Source: Octopus sinensis (taxonomy: Eukaryota). Taken from it: a stretch of 39,064 nucleotides of DNA. The notes under the pieces are model-generated. The model saw only the letters and a list, made by a program, of their open reading frames with translations, was not told the origin of the DNA and searched no databases. This document shows positions 1 through 9,292 of the stretch, piece by piece; positions within the stretch are counted from its first letter, which is position 1, and the number at the start of each line of letters is the position of its first letter. The position numbers and the translations under genes were made by a program. The DNA lies in the NCBI RefSeq assembly GCF_006345805.1, contig NW_021832666.1, positions 1 through 39,064 of the forward strand, in the 5' to 3' direction.

Positions 1-217
1 TAGAAGTAATTTTTGACGCTGATTCCTAATTTGTTACTCATTATTCAGAAAGTTTTGCAAAAATGTTACAGGTATTTGAGTTTGATAATTTTCAGAATTT
101 TCAGCGAATCAGAAAACGCGTTCGCTGTCTCTTCCATCATCGGGGACATTGGCATGTCAAAACATTAAACTAGCTAGAGTAAACTGTGAAAAACATGAGA
201 ACATCCGCGAGCAAATT

Positions 218-478
218 AAATATTTAAAGTTACAAATAAACCAACAGGAGTTACTAGAAATAACAGTCAAAACATTTAAATATACACGAGCAAAGTTAAT
301 ATTAAAGTAATTGTCACCAGAATAAATATTTAAAGCTACGAATAAACCAACAAGAGGTGCTAGAAATAACAGTCAAAACATTAAAATATACACAAGCAAA
401 GTTAATATCAAAGCATTTGTCACCAGACTAAATATTTAAAGCTACGAATAAACCAACAGGAGTTGCTAGAAATAACAC
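218..478. repeat. 106-bp tandem repeat, ~2.5 copies
   Basis: AAATATTTAAAG(T/C)TAC..AATAAACCAACA recurs at 218, 324 and 430. Confidence 0.9.
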
Positions 479-524
479 ATTCGAAAACAATTGTAAACAG
501 TGATGAAAACCCACAATATGTATA

Positions 525-612
525 GGGGGCGATTCGTTCGACTAAAATTCTTCAATGCGTTGCCCCTACATGGTCGAAGTCCAATGACTGAAACAAGCAA
601 AAGATAAAAGAT
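525..612 (+). mobile_element. Diverged 3' tail of SINE family B
   Basis: GGGG-CGATT..CGACTAAA...AATGACTGAAACAAGCAAAAGATAAAAG matches the tails of the family B copies at 22546 and 37098. Confidence 0.75.
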
Positions 613-615
613 ATA

Positions 616-1000
616 TAAGAGGTTTGATCAAAAAGTTTTCGGACTGATGCTATTAAAAGAAAACTACAAAGCACATCAATTCATCATTTAATTTCCTTCG
701 AAGTCGTGCAATTTATCCAGCGTCGTTTCCATTGGTAGAAGGATTCCTGGGGCTCCATTTATGGGGGGTAGCCAGGCGTTACCTCATCGCATTTTCTTGG
801 ATTTGTTCAACATCTTGAAATCTCGTTCCTTTCAAGTGAGATTTGAGTTTTGCCTTGGTTATGGTGTCATAGCCATAGAGTCACCGATTCCTCTCCTGTT
901 ATAACCGTTTTCAACAAGTTTTTCGGCTTCTTCGACACAATCAAGGAGATTCTATACAGCTGAAGCCCGATCTTCTTTTCGAGACGACCATCCTCAACAC
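616..1000 (-). mobile_element. Internally deleted, decayed mariner (Tc1/mariner) element with one TIR
   Basis: Minus-strand translation gives NLLDCVEEAEKLVEN-VITGEES..YGYDTITK, KLKSHLKGTRFQDVEQIQEN, QESFYQWKRRWINC and DFEGN*, all typical mariner motifs. TA plus TIR-like AGAGGTTTGATCAAAAAGTTTTCGGACTGA at 616-647. Confidence 0.8.
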
Positions 1001-1658
1001 ATTTACTCCGAAGTACTACTATAAACAACAGAGGTGAGCAAGAACGTTATAACCTTGCGCACTTGCATGACAGGATTCAAAGTCAATCTGTGTCAAGCGG
1101 CTTCACTCTGTGTACACTAGCTCTATTACTATAGCAACAGCACCACTACTTCTTCATCACACCTCGATGCACACACACACACACACATATATATATATAC
1201 ATACTCATATACAAACACAAGAATGTAAGTAATTCAAAGAATATATTCGAAATTCAAAGTGAAATTTAAATATATATATATTCTTAATAGATGTAACAAT
1301 TGAAACTATAATTAAAGCAATTATTGAACAATAATTAAAACAATTATTCACCGATAATTGATATTGGTAATTGTCAGCTGATGAATCGCCAATTTGTCAA
1401 CGTGATATTATAACGAAAAATTCTTGAAAGCATTTTGACACGTTATCAAACCTGTTGCTTTTTCTATGAAATCCTGAAGTATTTGGGGCTTTCTTTAGCA
1501 AACTACGTTCTTAATATGACTCACACAAGTAAAAAAAAATAAAAAGAGAAAGAAAGAAAGAAAAGAAAAGAAAATTTGAGGCGCGAAACCAAGGAACCTT
1601 ACTCCTCGAATTAGGAAGTACCGATCTTCCCAAGTATATGTTTGCTCATTTGTATTCA

Positions 1659-2156
1659 GGCGGCGAGCTGGCAGAAACGTTAGCACGCCGGGCGAAATGC
1701 TTAGCGGTATTTCGTCTGCAATTACGTTTTGAGTTCAAATTCCGCCGAGGTCGACTTTGTCTTTCATCCTTTCGGGGTAGATAAATTAAGTACCAGTTAC
1801 GCACTGGGGTCGATAAAATCGACTTAATCCCTTTGTCTGTCCTTGTTTGTCCCCTCTATGATTAGCCCCTTGTTGGCAGTAAAGAAATAGGTATTTCGTC
1901 TGCCGCTACGTTCTGAGTCCAAATTCCGCCGAGGTTGATTTTGCCTTTGATCCTTTCGGGGTCGATAAATTAAGTACCAGTTACGCACTGGGGTCGATGT
2001 AATCGACTTAATCCCTTTGTCTGTCCTTGTTTGTCTCCTCTATGATTAGCCCCTTGTGGGCAGTAAAGAAATAGGTATTTCGTCTGCCGCTACGTTCTGA
2101 GTTCAAATTCCGCCGAGGTTGACTTTGCCTTTCATCCTTTCGGGTCGATTAAATAA
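1659..2156 (+). mobile_element. SINE family A (tRNA head) tandem multimer: full copy plus 184-bp unit plus partial unit
   Basis: Head GGCGGCGAGCTGGCAGAAACGTTAG (A box-like), GAGTTCAAATTCC (B box-like), central GCCTTTCATCCTTTCGGGGTCGATAAATTAAGTACCAG (resembles Meta-type SINE central domains, from recall). Units restart at 1890 and 2074. Confidence 0.9.
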
Positions 2157-2475
2157 CTGGGGGAGGGGGTCAAGGCAGTCCAGCCCCAAGGCTCACTTTC
2201 AGGTTCATGTTTATTGCTATTGGAGCAACAGAATACACAAGGGACCTGTCCGGTGCAAAATATGGCTGAACTTAGGATACTGGGGAGAGAATCTAAGTTC
2301 TTAATTCATACCTTAGAAATGATCACGATATCTGGGACTATAAAAGTCTGCAAGACCTTCTTATGGTTTTAAGGGTAATGCTTAAAATACGGAGCTTTCC
2401 TTCACAGCCTTGCTACAAAGTGGTGGTGGGGCTATCCAAATTTACTCTAACGCCTCGGGAAGGAAGGAAAGGTGG

Positions 2476-2510
2476 TTTAACGTTTCAAGCAAAGCTCTTC
2501 TTCAGAAATA
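2476..2510 (-). ncRNA. Degenerate minimal type I hammerhead motif (Penelope-like pseudo-LTR type)
   Basis: Minus strand: TTT CTGAAGA A GAGC-TTT-GCTT GAAA CG TT AAA; stem I is only 3 bp. Confidence 0.45.
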
Positions 2511-2591
2511 GAGGAAAGTCCAATAGAAATGGAAGAAAATTACTATTTGTAAATCCCTGAACAAGTGACATTCAGTAATAGCACTGTAGAG

Positions 2592-2660
2592 CAGTGCTTC
2601 TCAAACTATCTGATGTGGTGTACTGGCAGTTTTTTTCCCAATGTGCCAGGAACCGGTAAT
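2592..2660 (+). mobile_element. Solo hAT/Charlie-like terminal fragment
   Basis: CAGTGCTTCTCAAACT, preceded by the Charlie-like 8-mer CTGTAGAG; no partner TIR found. Confidence 0.4.
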
Positions 2661-2799
2661 ATTTCTTAGTAATATTAATTTATACCGGAAACAATATATA
2701 TAACGAATATAATTAAAGATGATAAGGTTATCAATTATTTATAAATGTATAGTGCAATTATAACGTCTGCATTTATGTTGTAAATTCATTTTATGGTAT

Positions 2800-2912
2800 A
2801 GAGACCTGAAGAGTGGCTCTGTATCGTTGGATCGAAGAAATATTAATTTTTGAGATTATCAATTTTGATATTGTAGATTTGTATACATAGTCACGAAACG
2901 CGCGTCGTCGCT
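2800..2912 (+). ncRNA. Type I hammerhead ribozyme with long stem II and palindromic stem III
   Basis: Stem I AGAGAC(2800-05)/GTCGCT(2907-12); core CTGAAGA 2806-12; stem II GTGGCTCTGTAT/ATACATAGTCAC (11 of 12 pair); GAAA 2895-98; palindrome ACGCGCGT; GUC cleavage triplet, cut after C2906. Confidence 0.8.
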
Positions 2913-3101
2913 TTAATGTGTATTATTTAGTATAGAAATTTTTAGTACAATATTAATAATAATGTCGTTTTAATGTGCATTTTTTTAATGTGTATTATTT
3001 AGTATAGAAATTTTTAGTACAATATTAATAATGTCGTTTTAATGTGTATTTTTTTAATGTGCATTATTTAGTATAGAAATTTTTAGTACAATGTTAATAA
3101 T
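2907..3101. repeat. AT-rich tandem repeat, 3 units (57, 69, 69 bp)
   Basis: Units start GTCG(C/T)TTTAATGTG at 2907, 2964 and 3033. Confidence 0.85.
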
Positions 3102-3354
3102 GATATATTTGAATTTATATTTTATTGCAGATAATATCTTTCATTATTAATTCAATTACTTTATGGAGGTTCTGTCTCTTAATTCTATATATATTTAATA
3201 TATCGTGAAATTTGATTTGGTATTACTAAATTAAGTTTGTTTTTCCCCTGTTGTCTTGGAATCTTATATTCCCTACTACTACTAATATATACACAGTTAC
3301 TGCACAATATATGGACTGTATTAAAGAAGTGCTCATTGCGAGTTATATCGATGC

Positions 3355-3468
3355 ATAAGGGAAATTATAGAAGGAACACACCCAGGCAATCAATAAAAAT
3401 TACGAAGCATAATTTTAAACACACAACGAAATAAATATACATTGTGTTCCTTCTATAATTTCCCTTAT
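3355..3468. repeat. Small inverted-repeat element (26-bp perfect arms) abutting (TA)n
   Basis: ATAAGGGAAATTATAGAAGGAACACA (3355-80) is the exact reverse complement of 3443-68. Confidence 0.85.
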
Positions 3469-3490
3469 ATATATATATATAATATATATA

Positions 3491-3575
<85 letters not shown>

Positions 3576-3587
3576 ATATATATTGGG

Positions 3588-4193
3588 TATGTGGTAAGTA
3601 GTTTGCTTCCCAACCGCATAGTTCTGGCTTCGGTTCCACTGCGTGGCACCTCGGGCAAGTGTATTCTACTACAGCTTCGGACCGACCAATGCCTTGTGAG
3701 TGGATTTGGTAGACGGAAACTTAAAGAAGCCTGTCGTCTATCTATCTATCTGTCTTTTTATTTTATTTTTATTTTATTATTATTATTTTTTTTTGTTCTT
3801 TTCTTCCCTTTTACGATCCCTCTTGATCGAAAACCTACGCCATCTCTTTTTTTTGTTTCTTTTGTTTTTTGTTTTTTCATCCCCCAAAAGAAAAGCTCTA
3901 CCTTGTAACTTGTCCCATCTGTGTGCAGCCCTGTGTGGCCAATAAAGAAACTTATCTATCTATCTATCTATCTATCTATTATTGTATGTCTGTTTGTCCC
4001 ATCCACCATCACTTGATCACCGATGTTGGTATGTTTACGTCCACGTAACTTAGCGGTTCGGCGGAAGAGATATATAGAATAAGTACTAGGCTTACAACGA
4101 GTAAGTGCTGGGCTCCATTTGCTCGATAAAGGCGGTACTCCAGGATGGCCGCAGTCAAATGACTGAAACAAATGACTGAAACAAATAAAAATA
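3588..4193 (+). mobile_element. Bipartite SINE family B, interrupted in its microsatellite linker by a Tx1-like 3' fragment
   Basis: Head 3588-3737 (tRNA-like; CORE-like GGCACCTCGGGCAAGTG; ends GAAGCCTGTCGT) and tail module 3985-4193 match other copies. Confidence 0.85.
3752..3951 (+). mobile_element. 5'-truncated 3'UTR copy of the Tx1-like element at 24325, inside (TATC)n
   Basis: Near-identical to ~24730-24931 (CGATCCCTCTTGATCG stem-loop, CATCCCCCAAAAGAAAAGCTCTACC, AATAAAGAAAC); flanked by (CTAT)n 3738-51 and (TATC)n 3953-78. Confidence 0.8.
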
Positions 4194-4254
4194 AATTTTG
4201 ACCCCCACCCTTTACGTACAACATATGAAGGGGTGGGACCGGAGCGAAAGGAAC

Positions 4255-5045
4255 GGTGATGATGGTGGTGGTGGTGGTGGTGGTGATTGTGTTGGCGTAG
4301 TATTTGTAGTAAAGCAGATGGTAGTAAAGATGGCGTCGGTTGAGTGTCGAACGATGACCGTAGTAGGAGCGGTGGTGGCGGTGGCGGTGGTGATGGTAGT
4401 GGTGTTTGCGAGGTTGCAGATGTTCTGGTGTTAGTGGTGGCGATGGGGATAGGGGTGGCGGCGACGGCGGCCCTGAGTATGGGGCCGGGGGCAGAGAAAG
4501 AATTCCCGATAACGAGCCTTTCTTATAATTACGCTAATGACTGAAGCAATAGCAGTAGTAGTGGTAGTAGTCCCAGCTGTAGTTTTACTAGTAGTAGCTG
4601 TTGAAGACCAGAAGTAGTAGTGGTAGTAGCATTGATGGTAGCAGAAGTAGTAGTAGTATCCTGTAGGGATCCAGTAGTAGTAGTTTTAGTAGTAGTAGTA
4701 GTAGTAGTAGTAGAAGCAGAAGTAGTAGTGGTAGTGGTAGTAGCCCCACCTGCAGTAGTAGTTTTAGAAGTAGTAGTAACGGTAGTAGTAGTAGTAGTAA
4801 AAATAGTAGTAGTAGTAGTGGTAGTAATAGAGGTAGTAGTAGTAGTAGTGGTAGTAGTAGTAGTAAAAATAGTAGTATTAGTGGTAGTAATAGAAGAAGT
4901 AGTAGTGGTAGTAGAAGTAGTAGTAACAGCAGAGACAGTAGTAGTTGTCGCAACAGCAGCAGCAGTAGCAGTAATAGTAGTAGTGGTACTGTTGCCCCCC
5001 CACCTCCTGCTGATATAGTAAAGTGGTGGTGGTGGTGGTGGTGGT
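4255..5045. repeat. Degenerate (GGT)n/(GTA)n trinucleotide tracts
   Basis: Visible trinucleotide periodicity; source of the poly-V/L ORFs. Confidence 0.9.
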
Positions 5046-5827
5046 CTTCGAAGAGATGACGGGGGGGGGGGGTTGCGTTAGTATGTAGGTTAGGGCAACG
5101 CGACTGATGTCTTCCCTCTTTGCCACGTTCACTCTAGGGTGTGATGGGGGAGATGTCCCCTTTATGTAGCTTTTGTCTACAACTGGACCTTATATGTTTG
5201 TCAGGACAGTAAAGGTGTGTTCGTGTGTGTGTATGTGTGTGTGGGTGTGTGTGTTTGTAGTGGTGGTTGGTGAAGGGGTGGTGGTGAGGGGGTAGAGTAG
5301 TTGTAGTTCGAAGGAGGTGTTGGTTGGGTGGGGGCGGGCTTCGGGCTGAGTGATGGTTACAGGGTGACTGGGTTGCTGGGGTCAGGGTGGAAGAGCTGAT
5401 AGAAAAGGCGCCAAACGCAGTGACACTGAAAAGAGGGCACGTGAGATATATGTATATATAGAGAGAGACGGAGAGAAAGAGAGAAAGGAGGAGAGAAAGA
5501 TAATATATATATATATATATATTACATATATATATTATATATATATATATTAATAATATATATTATATATATATCATATATTATATATTACCACACACCA
5601 CACACACATATATATATATATATTACATATAAGCAAGTTCAAATGTCTAAAGTCAAAGACGCCTGCTGTTTTGTCCTGTTATTATTATTATTATTGTTTT
5701 TTGTATTTATATTCGTGTAACATCGTCCGTTTTTCTGTCCTTGTTTCGTATACATTCGATCCTTTTTCCAAGAAATCTAATGCTCGTTTTTCCTTGGGGC
5801 CTCGCCAGATCGGAGCAATCTCAAGAT

Positions 5828-5942
5828 TAATCAGCCGAAATTGCGAGGATGATCAGGTTCTTGACTGAAGATTAGAGGCTTCGAATGACCCTTCCTTTTT
5901 TTGTATCGTCTATTTGAATGTTTTGCGTTCTTGTCCCATTTT
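5828..5942 (+). repeat. Unclassified dispersed repeat (second copy at 20488-20604, minus)
   Basis: TAATCAGC.GAAATTGCG.GGATGATC.GGTTCTTGACTGAAGATTAGAGG.TTCGAATGACCC shared in opposite orientation. Confidence 0.8.
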
Positions 5943-5960
5943 GTGTGTGTATATACTGTA

Positions 5961-5994
<34 letters not shown>

Positions 5995-6004
5995 ACATAT
6001 ATAT

Positions 6005-6199
6005 AGGACAAACAAGGACAGACAAACGGATTAAGTGGATTATATCGACCCCAGTGCGTAACTGGTACTTATTTAATCGACCCCGAAAGGATGAAAGGCA
6101 AAGTCGACCTCGGCGGAATTTGAACCCAGAACGTAGCGGCAGACGAAATACCTCTAAGCATTTCGTCCGGCGTGCTAATGTTTCTGTCAGCTTGCCGCC
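6005..6199 (-). mobile_element. SINE family A
   Basis: Reverse complement of the family A sequence. Confidence 0.9.
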
Positions 6200-6238
6200 G
6201 TAACGCCTTATTATATTAGATAGATAGATAGATAGATG

Positions 6239-6317
<79 letters not shown>

Positions 6318-6318
6318 T

Positions 6319-6447
6319 CAGATGAATAAGGTACTTTACTCAACATTTTAAATTGATGTAATGTTTGCATTGTTCATGAAACGATCGTCGCATGAAACGA
6401 TCGTACTGCATTACCTCTGGATATCCTTGTTGCTTATTTTGATTATA
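6319..6447 (+). mobile_element. Diverged partial copy of the hammerhead-bearing Penelope-like terminus
   Basis: Ends CTTGTTGCTTATTTTGATTATA like 13653; retains GAAA-CGATCG-TA (6394-6405, preceded by a 16-bp local duplication); core degraded to CAGATGA. Confidence 0.6.
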
Positions 6448-6483
6448 TATATAATCTATCTCTTCTCTCACTCTCTCTCTCTC

Positions 6484-6818
6484 TCTCCTTACCCTCATTC
6501 CTACAACTAGAAAAATCCTTTATTACTTCTAATTGTTATAGCAGTTAGATACAACCATAGTTTGGTCAGTTAGTGGCTGGACTTCACAACCTCATATGTT
6601 CTTAAAATTTAAATCTACATCTTTATCTGTATATCTACCTTCTCTATAATGTTACTACTTGATTTGAAAACTTTTGTATTATTGGAAAACCTATATAATT
6701 GGCTGAAGAGCACTCAGCATCTTAAATCTGCTGTAAAATACATACAACTTTTAATAAAATGTTGTAGTGCGAAACAATTGTACCAAATTACCGGAATCAT
6801 TGTTGTTGCTTATTTTTG
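6484..6818 (+). mobile_element. Penelope-like terminal (pseudo-LTR-type) fragment
   Basis: Homologous to both arms of 12849-13653; contains a hammerhead; ends in (TA)n. Penelope assignment is inferred from the hammerhead and the inverted/tandem geometry; no ORF seen. Confidence 0.65.
6697..6789 (+). ncRNA. Type I hammerhead ribozyme
   Basis: Stem I AATTGG/CCAA(A)TT; CTGAAGA 6703-09; stem II GCACT/AGTGC plus CAGCAT/ATGTTG; GAAA 6771-74; palindrome ACAATTGT; GUA, cut after A6782. Confidence 0.85.
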
Positions 6819-6837
6819 TATATATATATATATATTC

Positions 6838-6977
6838 TTTCTTTTCTTTTACCCGTTTCAGTCATTCGACTGCGGCCATGCTGGAACACCGCCTTTAGTC
6901 GAGCAAATCGACCCTGGGACTTATTCTTTGTAAGCCCAGCACTTAGTCTATCGGTCTCTTTTGCCGAACCGCTAAGT
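6838..6977 (-). mobile_element. SINE family B tail module (truncated)
   Basis: Reverse complement of ACTTAGCGGTTCGGCAAAAGAGACCGATAG...GACTGAAAC. Confidence 0.85.
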
Positions 6978-6983
6978 ATATAT

Positions 6984-7040
6984 ATAGTTTTCTTTTGTGT
7001 GTTTATTGAAGACCGAGTGTGACGCATGTGTGTGGTGTGT

Positions 7041-7105
<65 letters not shown>

Positions 7106-7296
7106 TGTGTGTGTGTTATTGAAGACCGAGAGTGACGCATTGTGTGTGTGTGCAGTATATATATAGATATATATATATATACACACATATATATATATAT
7201 ATATATAATGCACACACACACACACACATATATATAATGCACACACACACACATGCGTCACACTCGGTATTCAATAAACACACAAAAGAAAACTAT
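6984..7296. repeat. Fold-back/MITE-like element with ~50-bp TIRs and microsatellite interior
   Basis: ATAGTTTTCTTTTGTGTGTTTATTGAAGACCGAGTGTGACGCATGTG (6984-) versus its reverse complement ending at 7296 (1 mismatch); internal direct copy of part of the arm near 7115-7142. Confidence 0.75.
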
Positions 7297-7967
7297 CGTT
7301 AATGTAAAAGCCTCACGATTCACTGGAAAATGTAAAATGTTGAAATATGTTTATCATAACAGCACCACGGAACTTGCTGTTTTTGTTTGACCGATCGGAA
7401 CGCATTTTCAAGAATGAATAATGATTGTCTGTCAGCGAAGATGGTAAATAGCAATGATATATGAATATATGGAATGAGATTTATGTACAACTGAGAGTTA
7501 TAACATATTGTTCTTTCTTTCTCTCTTTTAAAAGAAGAAAAAAAAACAACCTTAATTGCCAACTGAGAGAATTACATCATACATACCTAAGACATTTAAG
7601 ACATACAAGCATTATTTATTGATAGCGTGCAAACACTATTGTGCTCTACGCAACAACTGGTTGTTAAATATTTCAGTCATGTTTAGTTTATATTCTCTTA
7701 ACAGTTAATATATAAATGCATCAATCTAGAGAATTTATTTAAAACCATCTATTTCTTTAACGCTTTAATATAATCATCCGTTTCGTAATCCGGAGACAAA
7801 TAGGAACCGTTGATAGAATAAACCGTGTTACGTTCCTTTACAATTTTTAAACGTACGTTTCGTTTCGAAGTTAGCGTCTTTTTTACCTTCTTAGTTTTGG
7901 ACATGAAACAACTGAATATTTTTAAAGTTTGGGTAGAAATAAACGGTTCTGATGCGATAATTTTGAA

Positions 7968-8171
7968 GGCGGAGAGCTGGCAGAAACGTTAGCACGCCGG
8001 GCGAAATGCTTAACAGTATTTCGCTTGTCGTTACGTTGTGAGTTCAAATTCCTTCGGGGTCGATTAAATAAGTACCAGTTACGCACTGGGGTCGATGTAA
8101 TCGACTTAATACCTATGTCTGTCCTTGTTTGTCCCCTCTGTGTTTAGCCCCTTGTGGGTAATAAAGAAAAA
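7968..8171 (+). mobile_element. SINE family A (internal deletion) with 18-bp TSD
   Basis: GGTTCTGATGCGATAATT at 7945-62 and 8172-89. Confidence 0.92.
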
Positions 8172-8241
8172 GGTTCTGATGCGATAATTCACGCTTACAT
8201 ACACACAATTGCATTAACAACTAAATTTAATATATCCCCAC

Positions 8242-8320
8242 GGGCATTTGGCGTAGTGGTTAAGAGCGAGGGGCTACTAACCCGAAGATTCCGAGTTCGA
8301 TTGCAGGCAGTGAGCTGAAT
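8242..8320 (+). mobile_element. Short tRNA-derived SINE or tRNA-like pseudogene with AAT-like tail
   Basis: TGGCGTAGTGG A box, GAGTTCGATTGC B box-like, followed by AATAAGAAGAATAAG. Confidence 0.65.
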
Positions 8321-8659
8321 AAGAAGAATAAGAATATTATTATTAGTATTATTATTGTTATTATAAGTCAAAGTCTCTCTTGACCAGAAATGGCCTGAAC
8401 TCTTTGCATGAACACCCTCCCTTTACATAACTCCATGTCCCTCCTACATGGCCTTGCTTTTTGCTTTTTGAGCCAAAAAATTAACTTAAACTTAACTATT
8501 ATTGAGCGTCATATTGAGTTAATAACGTTATTAAAACAAATTTCAAGATTTTGTAAGTTTCACTGTATCGTGTTGTATTTATTAACAATGGCTTTATACA
8601 CAAAGTTCTGTTACGGAATAAATGAATGAAGCGTGTGTGTGTGTGTGTGTGTGTGTGGA

Positions 8660-8900
8660 GGAAACAAATATAAGCTTCAACAATGACAAGGAGGACAGAA
8701 TCATACATAATTCGAAAGAATACTGTCGAAATGTCCCTGTCAAGACTTCATTAAAATACAAGACTATCAGAGCAGACGTATTCATCTGGGACAGAGAAGA
8801 GAAAAGAAACTGTTGCCAGTCTTTGAAATCGGCTGTCCAGCAGATGTTCATCTAATATTAAAGTTTAGGGAAAGACAGAATATCTACGCAGAAATGATGA
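8660..8900 (+). mobile_element. Decayed restriction-like endonuclease fragment of an R4-like non-LTR element
   Basis: Translation KEYCRNVPVKTSLKYKTIRADVFIWDREEKRNC then (frameshift) FEIGCPADVHLILKFRERQNIYAEMMR resembles the RPD..E.S.P.D..K.EK..Y RLE motif. Confidence 0.55.
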
Positions 8901-9110
8901 GAAGTATTATAATGGCAAGAGTTTCCAACGTGAGATGACACCGTCGCTAAAACAATATACAATGTTGTCCGAAAATTAAGACTGTCTTGAGAAAACTGTA
9001 GTGGGCAAAGGGTAAAGATCCCCTTCGGTCATGAATGACCTCGGGATTGCGGCTAGAAAGTCCCCCCCGAGGCACAAGTCCAGGTAAGGTTGTTTATGAA
9101 AGACCAGCAG

Positions 9111-9292
9111 TTTGTCTTCACGTTCTGGGTTCAAATTCTGCCGAGATCGACTTTTGCCTTTCATCCTTTCGCGAGTCGATAAATTAAGTACCAGTTGCAT
9201 ACTGGGGTCGATCTTATCGACTGCCGCCCCACCCCACCCCCCAGCCTCTGTCCAAAAGTTTCGGGCCTTGTGCCCAGACTAGAAAATAAATT
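9111..9292 (+). mobile_element. 5'-truncated SINE family A, alternative tail (A2)
   Basis: B box and central domain, then CCAAAAGTTTCGGGCCTTGTGCC..AGAAA tail as at 14984-15195. Confidence 0.8.

Noticed and set aside
1378-1430. CTGATGA...GAAA as a hammerhead or C/D box
   Set aside because: No pairing adjacent to the core and no UH site with stem I.
5865-5900. Hammerhead in the 5828/20488 repeat (CTGAAGA...GAAT)
   Set aside because: No stem II pairing, GAAT instead of GAAA, and no stem I or III in either copy.
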